From NCBI GenBank assembly GCA_036266715.1, contig DATAXS010000012.1, positions 1 to 44,916 on the forward strand: a DNA stretch of 44,916 nt, in the 5' to 3' direction. Numbering within the stretch: position 1 is the stretch's first letter; the number at the start of each line of letters is the position of its first letter. The notes under the pieces are model-generated. The model was given only the letters and a program-made list of their open reading frames with translations, was not told where the DNA came from and did no database searches. This stretch comes from Minisyncoccota bacterium. Its GTDB lineage: Bacteria; Patescibacteriota; Minisyncoccia; UBA6257; 2-01-FULL-56-20. Position numbers and translations under genes: made by a program. This document shows positions 1 through 8,506 of this stretch, piece by piece.

Positions 1-2
1 GC

Positions 3-413
3 GGCAGTACCGGCACGGGCACACTGCCTCCCGTCGCAAGCCCCACCCCGCTCGTGACCCCATCCGGGAGTACTTTTGTGATAGGAACGAATCAAGGGCA
101 AGTACCGGTCAATAATTTCTACGAGAACCCGGATTACGTCACGACCGACAACCAAACCGTGGTGCTCACCGAAAACGCCACGTATACTATTGTGTACAAT
201 GTTTCAGACAGCAGCTTTATCATTTCCCTGCTTTCCACGCCGTTGCCCGCCGCCCGGACGGCCGCCGAAAGCGCCTTCCTCCAGCAACTCGGCATTACAG
301 AGAGCGACGCATGCAAGCTGAACGTGGATGAGGGCGTACCAATAAGCGTAAGCGACCAGTATCCCGGCGAAGACCTTGGGTTGAGTTTTTGCCCAGGGGC
401 GGTCGGGCTATGA
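3..413 (+). CDS. 3' end of a larger ORF entering from the left window edge (hypothetical, probably extracytoplasmic)
   Basis: The frame of ORF 54..413 stays open back to base 3 (GSTGTGTLPPVASPTPL...), so the listed GTG need not be the start. No domain recognised. Confidence 0.5.
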   Translation, partial: GSTGTGTLPPVASPTPLVTPSGSTFVIGTNQGQVPVNNFYENPDYVTTDNQTVVLTENATYTIVYNVSDSSFIISLLSTPLPAARTAAESAFLQQLGITESDACKLNVDEGVPISVSDQYPGEDLGLSFCPGAVGL

Positions 414-447
414 GCGATTTAGTATAATGAAATAACAAACAAAAGAA

Positions 448-837
448 ATGCTGAAGGCGCGTATTCAATTGATACAATGGACAATAGCTACGAGTGCGTT
501 TTTTACTCTTGCAGTTAATACCGTTTTTGCCCAACAGATCGGTGGGACAACCGGAAACACAAACCTTGTCCTCCAAGATCCCCTAGGGGGAAGTTGCACG
601 ACGCTGAGCTGCCCACTCACCGCCGTCACCAATTTTCTCTTCACCATTGCCATCCCGCTTTGCGGCATCATGATCCTTATAGGCGGATTTCAAATGATGA
701 CTGCGAGCGGTGATCCGGAAAAATTTTCTAAAGGGAGAAAGACCTTGCTCTATGCGGTTATCGGCTTTGTGGTGGTCCTTCTCGCGGGAAGCGTCGCCGC
801 GCTCATACAAAACATATTCGGGGGGACCTCATCATAA
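448..837 (+). CDS. TrbC/VirB2-like (T4SS-pilin-like) small membrane protein, paralog 1
   Basis: Signal peptide ending VFAQ, two hydrophobic helices separated by the loop ASGDPEKFSKGRKTLLYAVIG. Same architecture as the next three genes. Confidence 0.75.
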   Translation: MLKARIQLIQWTIATSAFFTLAVNTVFAQQIGGTTGNTNLVLQDPLGGSCTTLSCPLTAVTNFLFTIAIPLCGIMILIGGFQMMTASGDPEKFSKGRKTLLYAVIGFVVVLLAGSVAALIQNIFGGTSS

Positions 838-841
838 AAAT

Positions 842-1234
842 ATGAGCCATATTAAAAAATATTTTTACAGATTCGGTTCGGCGATTGGCATGGCATTGAG
901 CATATCGATCTCCGCAATTGCCTACGCCCAATCAAATGGGATCCAAACGGCACCGACAACTATCATCACAAATACCACGAGTGTTGTGAACCTCTTTTGC
1001 GCGGGACTTGATTGGTTGTTTTGGGGGCTCATTGTACTCGGAGTCGCCATGTTCCTTATCGGCGGATATACCTACGCGACCGCAGCGGGGGATTCGGAAA
1101 AGGTGAGCAAGGCAACGAGGACGCTTACGTACGCCGCGATTGCGATCGTGGTGGGACTCGTGGCACGTGGTGTTCCCACGCTTATCGGCAGTTTCTTCGG
1201 CCAGAGCAGTAATTTAAACGTCTGTTCTTCATGA
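842..1234 (+). CDS. TrbC/VirB2-like small membrane protein, paralog 2
   Basis: Start moved to internal ATG 842 (MSHIKKYF..), 4 nt after the paralog 1 stop. Signal peptide ..AYAQ, LFCAGLDWLFW helix, AAGDSEKVSKATRTLTYAAIA loop, C-terminal Cys. Confidence 0.75.
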   Translation: MSHIKKYFYRFGSAIGMALSISISAIAYAQSNGIQTAPTTIITNTTSVVNLFCAGLDWLFWGLIVLGVAMFLIGGYTYATAAGDSEKVSKATRTLTYAAIAIVVGLVARGVPTLIGSFFGQSSNLNVCSS

Positions 1235-1256
1235 GGGATTGTGCTATAATAAAATC

Positions 1257-1697
1257 ATGAAAAAAGTTGCATATCGGTGGGCCGGGATAATTGCCTTCTT
1301 TTCGAACTTCCTTATAGTTTCATTCGCATGGGCCCAAGGGGCGGAGCTTGGGGCGACAAGCGGTGGAAACGGCGCGTTCCCGACTCCCCCGACCGGCGCA
1401 CCGCCCACTCCGATTACGAGCCTCACGGGCGCAGGAGGCGTCACGGGCCTTTTTTGCTCGGCACTTGACTGGATATTTTGGATATTGATTGTCTTGGCCG
1501 TCATAATGTTCCTTATTGGTGGTTATCGCTACGTGACCTCTGGTGGGGAGGCGGAAAAGGTGAGCAAAGCAAACAGGACGCTTCTTTATGCAGCAATCGC
1601 AGTGGTAGTGGGTCTTGTGGCGGCAGGGGTCCCTTCCATCGTAGGCAGTTTCGTGGGTGGCGGCGACAATGTTGGTAGCGCTTGTAGCGGAATTTAG
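1257..1697 (+). CDS. TrbC/VirB2-like small membrane protein, paralog 3
   Basis: Start at ATG 1257 (MKKVAYRW..). TGcTATAAT at 1242-1250 ends 6 nt upstream. Signal peptide ..AWAQ, LFCSALDWIFW, GGEAEKVSKANRTLLYAAIA, C-terminal Cys. Confidence 0.75.
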   Translation: MKKVAYRWAGIIAFFSNFLIVSFAWAQGAELGATSGGNGAFPTPPTGAPPTPITSLTGAGGVTGLFCSALDWIFWILIVLAVIMFLIGGYRYVTSGGEAEKVSKANRTLLYAAIAVVVGLVAAGVPSIVGSFVGGGDNVGSACSGI

Positions 1698-1796
1698 TTA
1701 GATGCAAGGCCGAGGGAGGCAAATTTTGCGATATTTTGGGAAATCGTGGTATAGTTACACGGTAATCCCCGAAAGGTCGAAAATCACGTTATACTC

Positions 1797-2183
1797 ATGA
1801 AGAAATTCAAGCAGGTTATGATGGAATGGGGAGCGCCTATACTTGCACTCGTTGTGCCGGCGTTGGCCTTCGCGCAGATTGAACAGCCGCCCGTTACCGC
1901 TCCAGGCAACATTACGAACATCAACCAGATCACGGGCACCGCAGGCATCATCTGCACCATCATTAACTGGATTTTCTGGCTTCTCATTGTACTCACGATC
2001 ATCTTCGTGCTCGTTGCGGCTTTCCGTTATTTGACGGCCGCGGGCGACCCGGAGAAGGTCAAGAAAGCTGGTCAGACCTTGCTCTACGCGGCAATCGCAG
2101 TCATCGTCGCGCTTATTGCAAAGGGTCTTCCTCTTCTCGTCTCAAGCTTCATCGGCGGCGGGTTGAGCGGCGTCGGGTGTTAG
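1797..2183 (+). CDS. TrbC/VirB2-like small membrane protein, paralog 4
   Basis: Signal peptide ..AFAQ, IICTIINWIFW helix, AAGDPEKVKKAGQTLLYAAIA loop, terminal ..GVGC. Confidence 0.8.
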   Translation: MKKFKQVMMEWGAPILALVVPALAFAQIEQPPVTAPGNITNINQITGTAGIICTIINWIFWLLIVLTIIFVLVAAFRYLTAAGDPEKVKKAGQTLLYAAIAVIVALIAKGLPLLVSSFIGGGLSGVGC

Positions 2184-2209
2184 TTTTTACAGTTCACTAA
2201 AGTTTCTTC

Positions 2210-2231
2210 AAGGGGCCCACAAGGGCCTTTT
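2210..2231 (+). terminator. Hairpin after the pilin-like gene array
   Basis: aaggggccc / acaa / gggcctttt stem-loop (GC core plus A-T and G-U extension), 27 nt after the stop at 2183. Confidence 0.45.
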
Positions 2232-2261
2232 GAATTTGTATAAAAAAAACTTTTGACTGCG

Positions 2262-2302
2262 GAAAAGAAAAACCCGCCAAGCTAGTAAAAGCCTTGGCGG
2301 GT
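2262..2302 (-). terminator. Rho-independent terminator of the minus-strand two-gene operon
   Basis: Perfect 10-bp stem acccgccaag/cttggcgggt (2272-2281 / 2293-2302), followed on the minus strand by tttttctttt. Confidence 0.7.
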
Positions 2303-2318
2303 ACAATGTGCTGAATGT

Positions 2319-3491
2319 TTAGATACAGTAACCTGCTGCGTTTGTGGTGCCGTGCCGGAAAAGAATTCCCGGCTTGCGGCCGTCGGGCAAGGGAGCTGCT
2401 TGGAGTTGGAATGTTACTCCCATATCGGAGAGAACCGGGCGATTTGCTGCGTTGCCCATATCCCACTTGAATGGTCCCCTTACCACGAAGGTACCATTTG
2501 GGAGCTGGAACTTGAACCAGACCATCCACGACGGATTCGCGTCTGTCGTGGGGTAGGGCTGGAAACATCCTCCCTGGGTACGGAACGTATCAGGAAGAAT
2601 GTTGATCTTGCCCCAACACCCAATCGGGATACCCTGCATTACGAAGTACTGTGGAGAGCCGGGGATTTCACTGAGATCGTTCACTTGCCCCAGTGTGTCC
2701 GTGCAGTCCATGTTTGGGTTAAAGGTCGAGACATCCTCGGTTGCCGCCGAAACGGTTTTCATAAATCCAGTTTCTACGGTATCCGCGGCCTTGTCCAGTT
2801 TCTGTTTGGTCGCCGTTCTCCCGCCGAGAATGAATGTGACGGCGAGAATAAACATGATGATCACCACAACCCTCTTCATCGCGGTGTACTGCTTCCTATT
2901 TCCATTTGCCGGATCGATGAAGGTTTTCTCAAGTGGCAGGAAGTAGACAACGAGGCACGCGAAGAACAACGGAATGAGCGTGCGATCGTTGGCCAAGGGG
3001 AGCGCCGCGAGCACGATTCCCATGAACGTGGCAATCGCGGTAATTCTCCAAGACCATTCGATTAAGTCCCGTCCCTTGGGAACCAACATCGCGATGCCGG
3101 TAAATAGCGGTCGCTTGGTATAGAGGTAGGCGATCGCTCCAACAGGCACGAGCGCGGCGAGGGGGATGTAAAACAAGGCCGTATCGCGTGGGAGCATTGC
3201 GAGTCCAAAGAACACCACGGGCCAAAAGAGAATTAATCTCAAGGCCCATCGTATCCTGGATTCGATTCTTTTGACGATTGGATAGCCATTTCCCCAGGCC
3301 CACTTCGTGCCGCCCAATATCCCGCGCCCGGACGATCTGATGGCCGCCCTTATCTCCCAGAGAACACCGAGAAGGTTTTCGAACGTTAACTTCCGGAATT
3401 CCTCATCTGTTGCAAACTTGGTGCCGAGAGCGGTGAGCCCAACGGCGCCAAGAATGCTGCCGAACCATTCCCAAAATTTCTTGACGCTCAT
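2319..3491 (-). CDS. Multi-pass membrane protein with Cys-containing extracytoplasmic C-terminal domain (unknown function)
   Basis: Start set at ATG 3491 (MSVKKFWEWFG..), which overlaps the upstream stop as ATGA. Several hydrophobic helices, then a roughly 150-aa Cys/Trp-containing soluble domain ending ..AAGYCI. Confidence 0.7.
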   Translation of the reverse strand: MSVKKFWEWFGSILGAVGLTALGTKFATDEEFRKLTFENLLGVLWEIRAAIRSSGRGILGGTKWAWGNGYPIVKRIESRIRWALRLILFWPVVFFGLAMLPRDTALFYIPLAALVPVGAIAYLYTKRPLFTGIAMLVPKGRDLIEWSWRITAIATFMGIVLAALPLANDRTLIPLFFACLVVYFLPLEKTFIDPANGNRKQYTAMKRVVVIIMFILAVTFILGGRTATKQKLDKAADTVETGFMKTVSAATEDVSTFNPNMDCTDTLGQVNDLSEIPGSPQYFVMQGIPIGCWGKINILPDTFRTQGGCFQPYPTTDANPSWMVWFKFQLPNGTFVVRGPFKWDMGNAANRPVLSDMGVTFQLQAAPLPDGRKPGILFRHGTTNAAGYCI

Positions 3492-4141
3492 TGCGTTCCT
3501 CCTGAAGGAATGTCGATGATGCGGGGGATCGGCTGGGCTGTGTGAACTCGCCGTTCTTCCTCGCGTTTTCGAAACCACGCGGCACTTTGCCGCAGGGATT
3601 TATTCACGCCATCCGACGCCTGGTGTACGTCATTCTTTGCGGCGACGGAGTAGCGGTGTATCGTTGTCTTGAAGTCCTTCCAAAATTCGCCGAACGTCCG
3701 ACCGTAGCGTTCTCGCCAACGGTCGTAAGTCTGCAAGAACACATCGTGATCCAACCAATAGAGTACCTGGTTGAATTCCTCATCATCCAACCCATCAAGA
3801 AACATCAAGGAGTTTGTACGATCTTTGGTCGTTTCATCTTTGGGTAGTTTGGTGAGGAGTGCCACGAATCTGTTTTCTTTTTTCTCCGCGATGGCTTGTT
3901 TATGTCGCCGAAGAATGTTGAGGGGTTTTTTGCCGTTTGTGGTGAGTTTTTGTATGTCAATCACCAGTTCGGCGCGACCACACTCGGGATCCTCGACATA
4001 GGTTTTAGTTTGAGCGGTTGCATAGTTGCCCCATTTTTTGAAGAGGCCCACTATGATGCCGGATACCACCGCTTCCTGAAATACCCTGTCTAAAACCCTC
4101 ATGATCCAGGGTCTTTTGTCGGGACGAACATCGTCTGCCAT
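3488..4141 (-). CDS. Hypothetical protein (217 aa), first gene of a two-gene operon
   Basis: Long ORF, charged and helical composition, no recognisable domain. ATGA coupling to the downstream membrane protein. Confidence 0.65.
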   Translation of the reverse strand: MADDVRPDKRPWIMRVLDRVFQEAVVSGIIVGLFKKWGNYATAQTKTYVEDPECGRAELVIDIQKLTTNGKKPLNILRRHKQAIAEKKENRFVALLTKLPKDETTKDRTNSLMFLDGLDDEEFNQVLYWLDHDVFLQTYDRWRERYGRTFGEFWKDFKTTIHRYSVAAKNDVHQASDGVNKSLRQSAAWFRKREEERRVHTAQPIPRIIDIPSGGTQ

Positions 4142-4215
4142 TTTGTTCCTCCTTTGCAGCGACTTTCTTTTAAATTCTCAAGAGTGCGTGAAAATACTAC
4201 CATATTATATTGGTA

Positions 4216-4244
4216 TTGTCAAATCAAGCCAGAGGGACTATGAT
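4216..4244 (+). promoter_or_regulatory. Sigma-70-type promoter of tRNA-Leu
   Basis: TTGTCA (4216-4221), 17 nt spacer, TATGAT (4239-4244), 16 nt before the tRNA 5' end. The complementary TTGACA can serve the divergent minus-strand operon. Confidence 0.55.
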
Positions 4245-4260
4245 GAGCAGGCATTTATAC

Positions 4261-4346
4261 GCTGAGGTGGCGAAATGGCAGACGCGCAGGGCTTAGGACC
4301 CTGTGGGACTAAATATCCCGTGAGAGTTCAAATCTCTCCCTCAGCA
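4261..4346 (+). tRNA. tRNA-Leu (anticodon TAG), long variable arm, no encoded CCA
   Basis: Acceptor GCTGAGG/CCTCAGC, anticodon arm CAGGG-CTTAGGA-CCCTG, variable arm GGGA..TCCC, T arm GAGAG-TTCAAAT-CTCTC. Confidence 0.9.
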
Positions 4347-4384
4347 CAATCGAGCGCCGGCCTGCGCGGCGTTGTGGCACGGAA

Positions 4385-5299
4385 TTATTTACCCCTCCTC
4401 TTCCCGTGGAACGCCCCGTGCACTTCCCGGAGTTCCTTGTTCGTGAGATGCGTGTAGATCTGCGTGGTCGCGATGTTCGCGTGGCCGAGGAGTTCCTGCA
4501 CGGAGCGAAGGTCGGCGCCGTTCATAAGGAGGTCGGTGGCAAAGCTGTGGCGCAGTTGGTGCGCATGGATCCTTTTACTGATGCCGGCCTGCTTGGCGCG
4601 TTCGGCGACGAGCCGCTGCACGGCGCGCGGGGTGACGGGGCCGATGACCTTCCCGCGCCGGTCCAGGCTCACAAACAGTTTTTCTTCCGCGTCGGTGCGT
4701 TTGCCCAAATAATTTTGTATCGCGCGCCGCGCGGAATCGGCAATAAAGACCACGCGCAGCTTGTCGCCTTTCCCGCGCACGGTGACCTCGCCGCGCTTGA
4801 GGTCCAAGTAGCGGCTCAGCGCACACAGTTCCGCAAGCCGCAGGCCGGTTGAAAAGAATGTTTCCAAGATCGCCTTGTCGCGGAGCGAGCGGAGGTCGGT
4901 GCCTTTGGGCGCGGCAAGAAGCCGCTCAAGGTCGCCATATTCCAGAACCTCTATCTGCCGCGAAGGCGTTTTGGGCAGCTCGATTTTTTCCGCCGCAAGC
5001 GCCTTGATATCGCGCTTCGCGAGATATTTCAAAAAATTGCGGATGGCGATCACATAGTAACTTTGCGTGATGCGCTTTAGGCCTTCGCGGCGTGCAAGCG
5101 CCAGGCGGAACTCGCGCACGAGCCCGTCCGTGATCTCGCGCGGCATTTTTATCTGAGCAAACTTTAAAAATTCCCGGAGGTAGTGCTCGTAATTTTCCCG
5201 CGTCTTCGGCGAGCGATTTTTCTCTATTTCGAGGTAGTCTAAATATTCGCGGAAGAGTTTTTCTATTTCTGTTTCAGCCATGATCTCATTATAGTCCAT
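4385..5299 (-). CDS. xerC: Tyrosine recombinase, XerC/XerD type
   Basis: C-terminal HQLRHSFATDLL...LLGHANIATTQIYTHL catalytic motifs, N-terminal core-binding-type helix region. Alternative start at ATG 5281 (MAETEIE..), preceded by TATAAT plus 6 nt. Confidence 0.85.
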   Translation of the reverse strand: MDYNEIMAETEIEKLFREYLDYLEIEKNRSPKTRENYEHYLREFLKFAQIKMPREITDGLVREFRLALARREGLKRITQSYYVIAIRNFLKYLAKRDIKALAAEKIELPKTPSRQIEVLEYGDLERLLAAPKGTDLRSLRDKAILETFFSTGLRLAELCALSRYLDLKRGEVTVRGKGDKLRVVFIADSARRAIQNYLGKRTDAEEKLFVSLDRRGKVIGPVTPRAVQRLVAERAKQAGISKRIHAHQLRHSFATDLLMNGADLRSVQELLGHANIATTQIYTHLTNKELREVHGAFHGKRRGK

Positions 5300-5322
5300 C
5301 TGTCGTACAATATTGCGTGCGC

Positions 5323-5351
5323 TTGCAATTTTTATTAATAGATGATATTAT
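5323..5351 (+). promoter_or_regulatory. Promoter of rpsO
   Basis: TTGCAA (5323-5328), 17 nt spacer, TATTAT (5346-5351), then 7 nt to ATG 5359. Confidence 0.6.
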
Positions 5352-5358
5352 GAGTCCA

Positions 5359-5625
5359 ATGCTTACCAAACGCGTTAAATCCCGGATAATCGGGGAAAAT
5401 AAAAAACACGACAAGGACACGGGTTCTGCGGACGTGCAGATCGCTGTCATTTCCCGCCAGATCGACGAGCTCGCCACGCATCTCAAAAAGAATCCGAAGG
5501 ACAATCACTCCCGCCGCGGGCTTTTGAAGATGGTCTCCAAGCGCCGCAAACTTTCCGCGTACTTAAAGAAGAACGAGCCGGCTGCGTACGACAAGCTCGC
5601 AAAGAAACTTGACCTGAAGCGATAA
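5359..5625 (+). CDS. rpsO: 30S ribosomal protein S15
   Basis: ..DTGSADVQIAVISRQIDELATHLKKNPKDNHSRRGLLKMVSKRRKLSAYL.. is a typical S15. The 88-aa product from ATG 5359 fits S15 length (alternative in-frame ATG 5350). Confidence 0.9.
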   Translation: MLTKRVKSRIIGENKKHDKDTGSADVQIAVISRQIDELATHLKKNPKDNHSRRGLLKMVSKRRKLSAYLKKNEPAAYDKLAKKLDLKR

Positions 5626-6257
5626 TGAAAACCGTTCCCAAGTATGCCGCTAACCAGCGGGTGGGTATTTTTATTGATGTACAAAACCTGTACCACTCGG
5701 CAAAGAACCTCTATCACGGACGCGTAAATTACGCGGAGCTTATGAAGCACCTCGTGGGCGACCGCCAGCTTGTGCGTGCGCTTGCGTATGTCGTAAAGAG
5801 CGAAGGCATTGAGCCCCAGCGTTCTTCGCGTGACCGTGACCGGGACCGGGAAACGGGCCGCAACCGGCAACCCCGCGTAAGCCTGCCGGACGATGCAGAC
5901 GACACGGGGAGTGGCGGATTGTCTTCCGAAGCAGCATTTTTTGAGGCGCTTGAGAAAGCCGGCCTTGAGCTCCGCATGAAGGACCTCCAGATATTCGCAG
6001 GCGGCATGAAGAAAGCGGACTGGGACGTCGGCATGGCCGTTGACGCCATCAGGATGTCGTCCTTCTTGGACGTCATTGTGCTCGTGACGGGGGATGGCGA
6101 CTTCCTCCCGCTCGTGGATTATTTAAAGTGGGGTGCAGGACGGCTCGTGGAAGTGGCCGCGTTCCGCAGGAGCGCTTCGTCCAAGATCCAGGAAGCCGTG
6201 GATCGTTTCATCAATATTGAAGAGATACCGCGGGCGATCATGAAGTCGCGGGTTTAA
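5625..6257 (+). CDS. NYN/LabA-like domain protein with an internal low-complexity insertion
   Basis: RVGIFIDVQNLYHSAK.., ..DWDVGMAVDAI.., ..VLVTGDGDFLPLV.. motifs. TAATG overlap with the rpsO stop. Confidence 0.8.
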   Translation: MKTVPKYAANQRVGIFIDVQNLYHSAKNLYHGRVNYAELMKHLVGDRQLVRALAYVVKSEGIEPQRSSRDRDRDRETGRNRQPRVSLPDDADDTGSGGLSSEAAFFEALEKAGLELRMKDLQIFAGGMKKADWDVGMAVDAIRMSSFLDVIVLVTGDGDFLPLVDYLKWGAGRLVEVAAFRRSASSKIQEAVDRFINIEEIPRAIMKSRV

Positions 6258-6285
6258 GGGTTTAAGTATCACACCAAAAAAGCAC

Positions 6286-8391
6286 ATGAAAGACAAAAAA
6301 GAATTTTCAATTGACGTTGCCGGGAAAACGCTCACCATAGAAGTTTCCTCGCTCGCCGAACAGGCGAACGCGGCAGTGCTCGCCAAGTACGGCGAGACGG
6401 TCGTGCTTGCGACCGCCGTCATGTCGCACAAAGAGGTCCCGATGGACTACATGCCGCTCAAGGTTGATTACGAAGAAAAATTTTACGCGGCGGGAAAGAT
6501 CATCGGCAGCCGGTTCATCCGCCGGGAAGGCCGGGCATCGGAAGAAGCCATTCTTGCAGGACGGCTCGTGGACCGCACCATCCGGCCGCTTTTTGATAGC
6601 CGCACCCGCCACGAAATTCAGGTGGTGGTGACGGTGTTGCAAATAGACGAAGAGAACGATCCGGAATTCGTCGGCTTGCTCGGCGTTTCTACCGCGCTTC
6701 TTATCTCCGACATCCCGTGGAACGGACCGGTTGCCGGCGTGCGCGTGGTGCAGGTGGGGAACGAGTTCAAAATGAATCCCGACAATTTTTACGTGACGGC
6801 GAACCCGCCCGTTTTTGACGCGTTCGTTTCCGGTTCAAAGGACCGCATCAACATGCTTGAGCTCGGCGGCTTGGACGCGCAGGAAAAGGACATTGCGCAG
6901 GGCTTCACTTTGGCGCAGAAGGAAATAAACCGACTCGTGGAGTTCCAGGAAAAGATCCGCGCCGCAATCGGCAAACCAAAGGCAGAAGTGAAGATCGCGG
7001 AACCGGGCGAGGAAGTGAAGGCGGCCGTGAACGCGTACCTTGCGGACAAGCTGGAAGGCGCGGTCTTCCGCCCGAGTAAGATGGAGCAGAAAAGTGCCGT
7101 GGGAGAGCTTAAAACCGCACTTTTTGCGCATCTCAAGGAGACGTTTGCGGAAAAGGAGCCGAATTATCATAAGGCGGCCGATTTCCTCTTTGAAGAAGCG
7201 GTGAACGACATTGTGCACGAAAAGGCGCTCAAGGCGGAAAAGCGTCCCGACGGGCGCAAGCTCGACGAACTGCGCGCGCTTTCGGGCGAAGTAAAAATGT
7301 TCTCACGCACGCACGGCTCGGCGATCTTTGTCCGCGGCAACACGCAGGCACTCGCGGTGACGACGCTCGCGGCGCCGGGCGCCGAGCAGATGATAGAGAC
7401 CATGGAGACAACGACAAAGCGCCGCTTTATGCTCCACTACAACTTTCCGCCATTCTCCGTGGGCGAAGTGGGCATGTTCCGCGGACCGGGACGGCGCGAG
7501 ATCGGGCACGGCAACTTGGCGCGCAAATCGCTTGAGCGGCTTATCCCGTCAAAAGAAGAATTTCCGTACACCATCCGCGTGGTTTCCGAGATCATGTCCT
7601 CCAACGGATCATCCTCCATGGCGACCGTCTGTGCATCCGCGCTGTCCTTGATGGACGCAGGCGTGCCCTTGAAGAAGCCGGCGGCCGGCATTGCAATGGG
7701 TCTCATGATGAAAGATGTGAAGAATTATAAAGTGTTGACCGACATCCAGGGTCCCGAAGACCACCATGGCGACATGGACTGCAAAGTGGCGGGAACCACG
7801 GATGGCGTGACCGGCATGCAGATGGATATTAAGGTGGACGGGCTCACGGTGGAGATTTTGGAAAAGACGCTCGCGCAGGCACGCAAGGCGCGTTTGGAAA
7901 TTTTGGATGCTATGAAGAAAGTGTTGCCCGCGGCGCGCGAAACGCTTTCTCCCTTTGTGCCCACCATCCGCATTTTGAAGATCCCGACGGAAAAGATCGG
8001 CGCGGTCATCGGACCCGGCGGCAAGATCATCAATGGCCTTATTGAAAAATACGCGCTCGCGGGAATTGACATCGATGAAGATGGCGGCGTCTTTGTGTCC
8101 GGCATGGACCTCGCGAAAGTGGAAGCGGCGGTGGGTGAGATCCGCGGCATCACGCGTGAGTTCAAGGTGGGCGAGATCGTTGAGGGGAATATCATCAAGG
8201 TCATAGAAGTGGGTGCCATCGTGGACCTCGGCGGCGGCAAAGACGGCATGGTCCACGTTTCCGAACTCAAGCAGGGATTTGTGAAGAAAGTGGAAGATGT
8301 GGTGAAAGTAGGGGATTTCGTGCGGGCAAAGATCATCCGCGTGGGCGACGACGGCCGCATCGGCCTTTCGATGAAACAACTGCAGGCGTAA
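6286..8391 (+). CDS. pnp: Polyribonucleotide nucleotidyltransferase (PNPase)
   Basis: Two RNase PH-like domains (..FMLHYNFPPFSVGE.., ..GSSSMATVCASALSLMDAGVP..), then KH and S1 domains. 701 aa. Confidence 0.95.
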   Translation: MKDKKEFSIDVAGKTLTIEVSSLAEQANAAVLAKYGETVVLATAVMSHKEVPMDYMPLKVDYEEKFYAAGKIIGSRFIRREGRASEEAILAGRLVDRTIRPLFDSRTRHEIQVVVTVLQIDEENDPEFVGLLGVSTALLISDIPWNGPVAGVRVVQVGNEFKMNPDNFYVTANPPVFDAFVSGSKDRINMLELGGLDAQEKDIAQGFTLAQKEINRLVEFQEKIRAAIGKPKAEVKIAEPGEEVKAAVNAYLADKLEGAVFRPSKMEQKSAVGELKTALFAHLKETFAEKEPNYHKAADFLFEEAVNDIVHEKALKAEKRPDGRKLDELRALSGEVKMFSRTHGSAIFVRGNTQALAVTTLAAPGAEQMIETMETTTKRRFMLHYNFPPFSVGEVGMFRGPGRREIGHGNLARKSLERLIPSKEEFPYTIRVVSEIMSSNGSSSMATVCASALSLMDAGVPLKKPAAGIAMGLMMKDVKNYKVLTDIQGPEDHHGDMDCKVAGTTDGVTGMQMDIKVDGLTVEILEKTLAQARKARLEILDAMKKVLPAARETLSPFVPTIRILKIPTEKIGAVIGPGGKIINGLIEKYALAGIDIDEDGGVFVSGMDLAKVEAAVGEIRGITREFKVGEIVEGNIIKVIEVGAIVDLGGGKDGMVHVSELKQGFVKKVEDVVKVGDFVRAKIIRVGDDGRIGLSMKQLQA

Positions 8392-8401
8392 GGAAACAAA
8401 C

Positions 8402-8468
8402 GGGCTGTGCAGTATTTTAAGGAAGAGTACGGAGCCACACTGCCTCAAAATACTGCACAGCCCTTTTT
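8402..8468 (+). terminator. pnp terminator hairpin, member of a conserved-loop hairpin family
   Basis: 17-bp stem gggctgtgcagtatttt / aaaatactgcacagccc (8402-8418 / 8447-8463), 28-nt loop, then ttttt. Confidence 0.75.
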
Positions 8469-8506
8469 GGGTTCTTATGCATCGTTCGTGTTAAAATAAA
8501 AGGACG

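Noticed and set aside
4261-5299. tRNA-Leu next to a tyrosine recombinase as the signature of an integrated genomic island
   Set aside because: The recombinase has XerC/XerD-type motifs and length. The DNA downstream of the tRNA 3' end is core (rpsO, pnp, recA), and I saw no direct repeat of the tRNA 3' end. The accessory-looking genes lie on the 5' side of the tRNA, which is the wrong side for classical tRNA-targeted integration.
7609-8448. 279-aa and 237-aa minus-strand ORFs antisense to pnp
   Set aside because: These are shadow ORFs inside a full-length, motif-rich PNPase gene. Their composition is His/Arg-rich or Ser/Pro-rich and biased.
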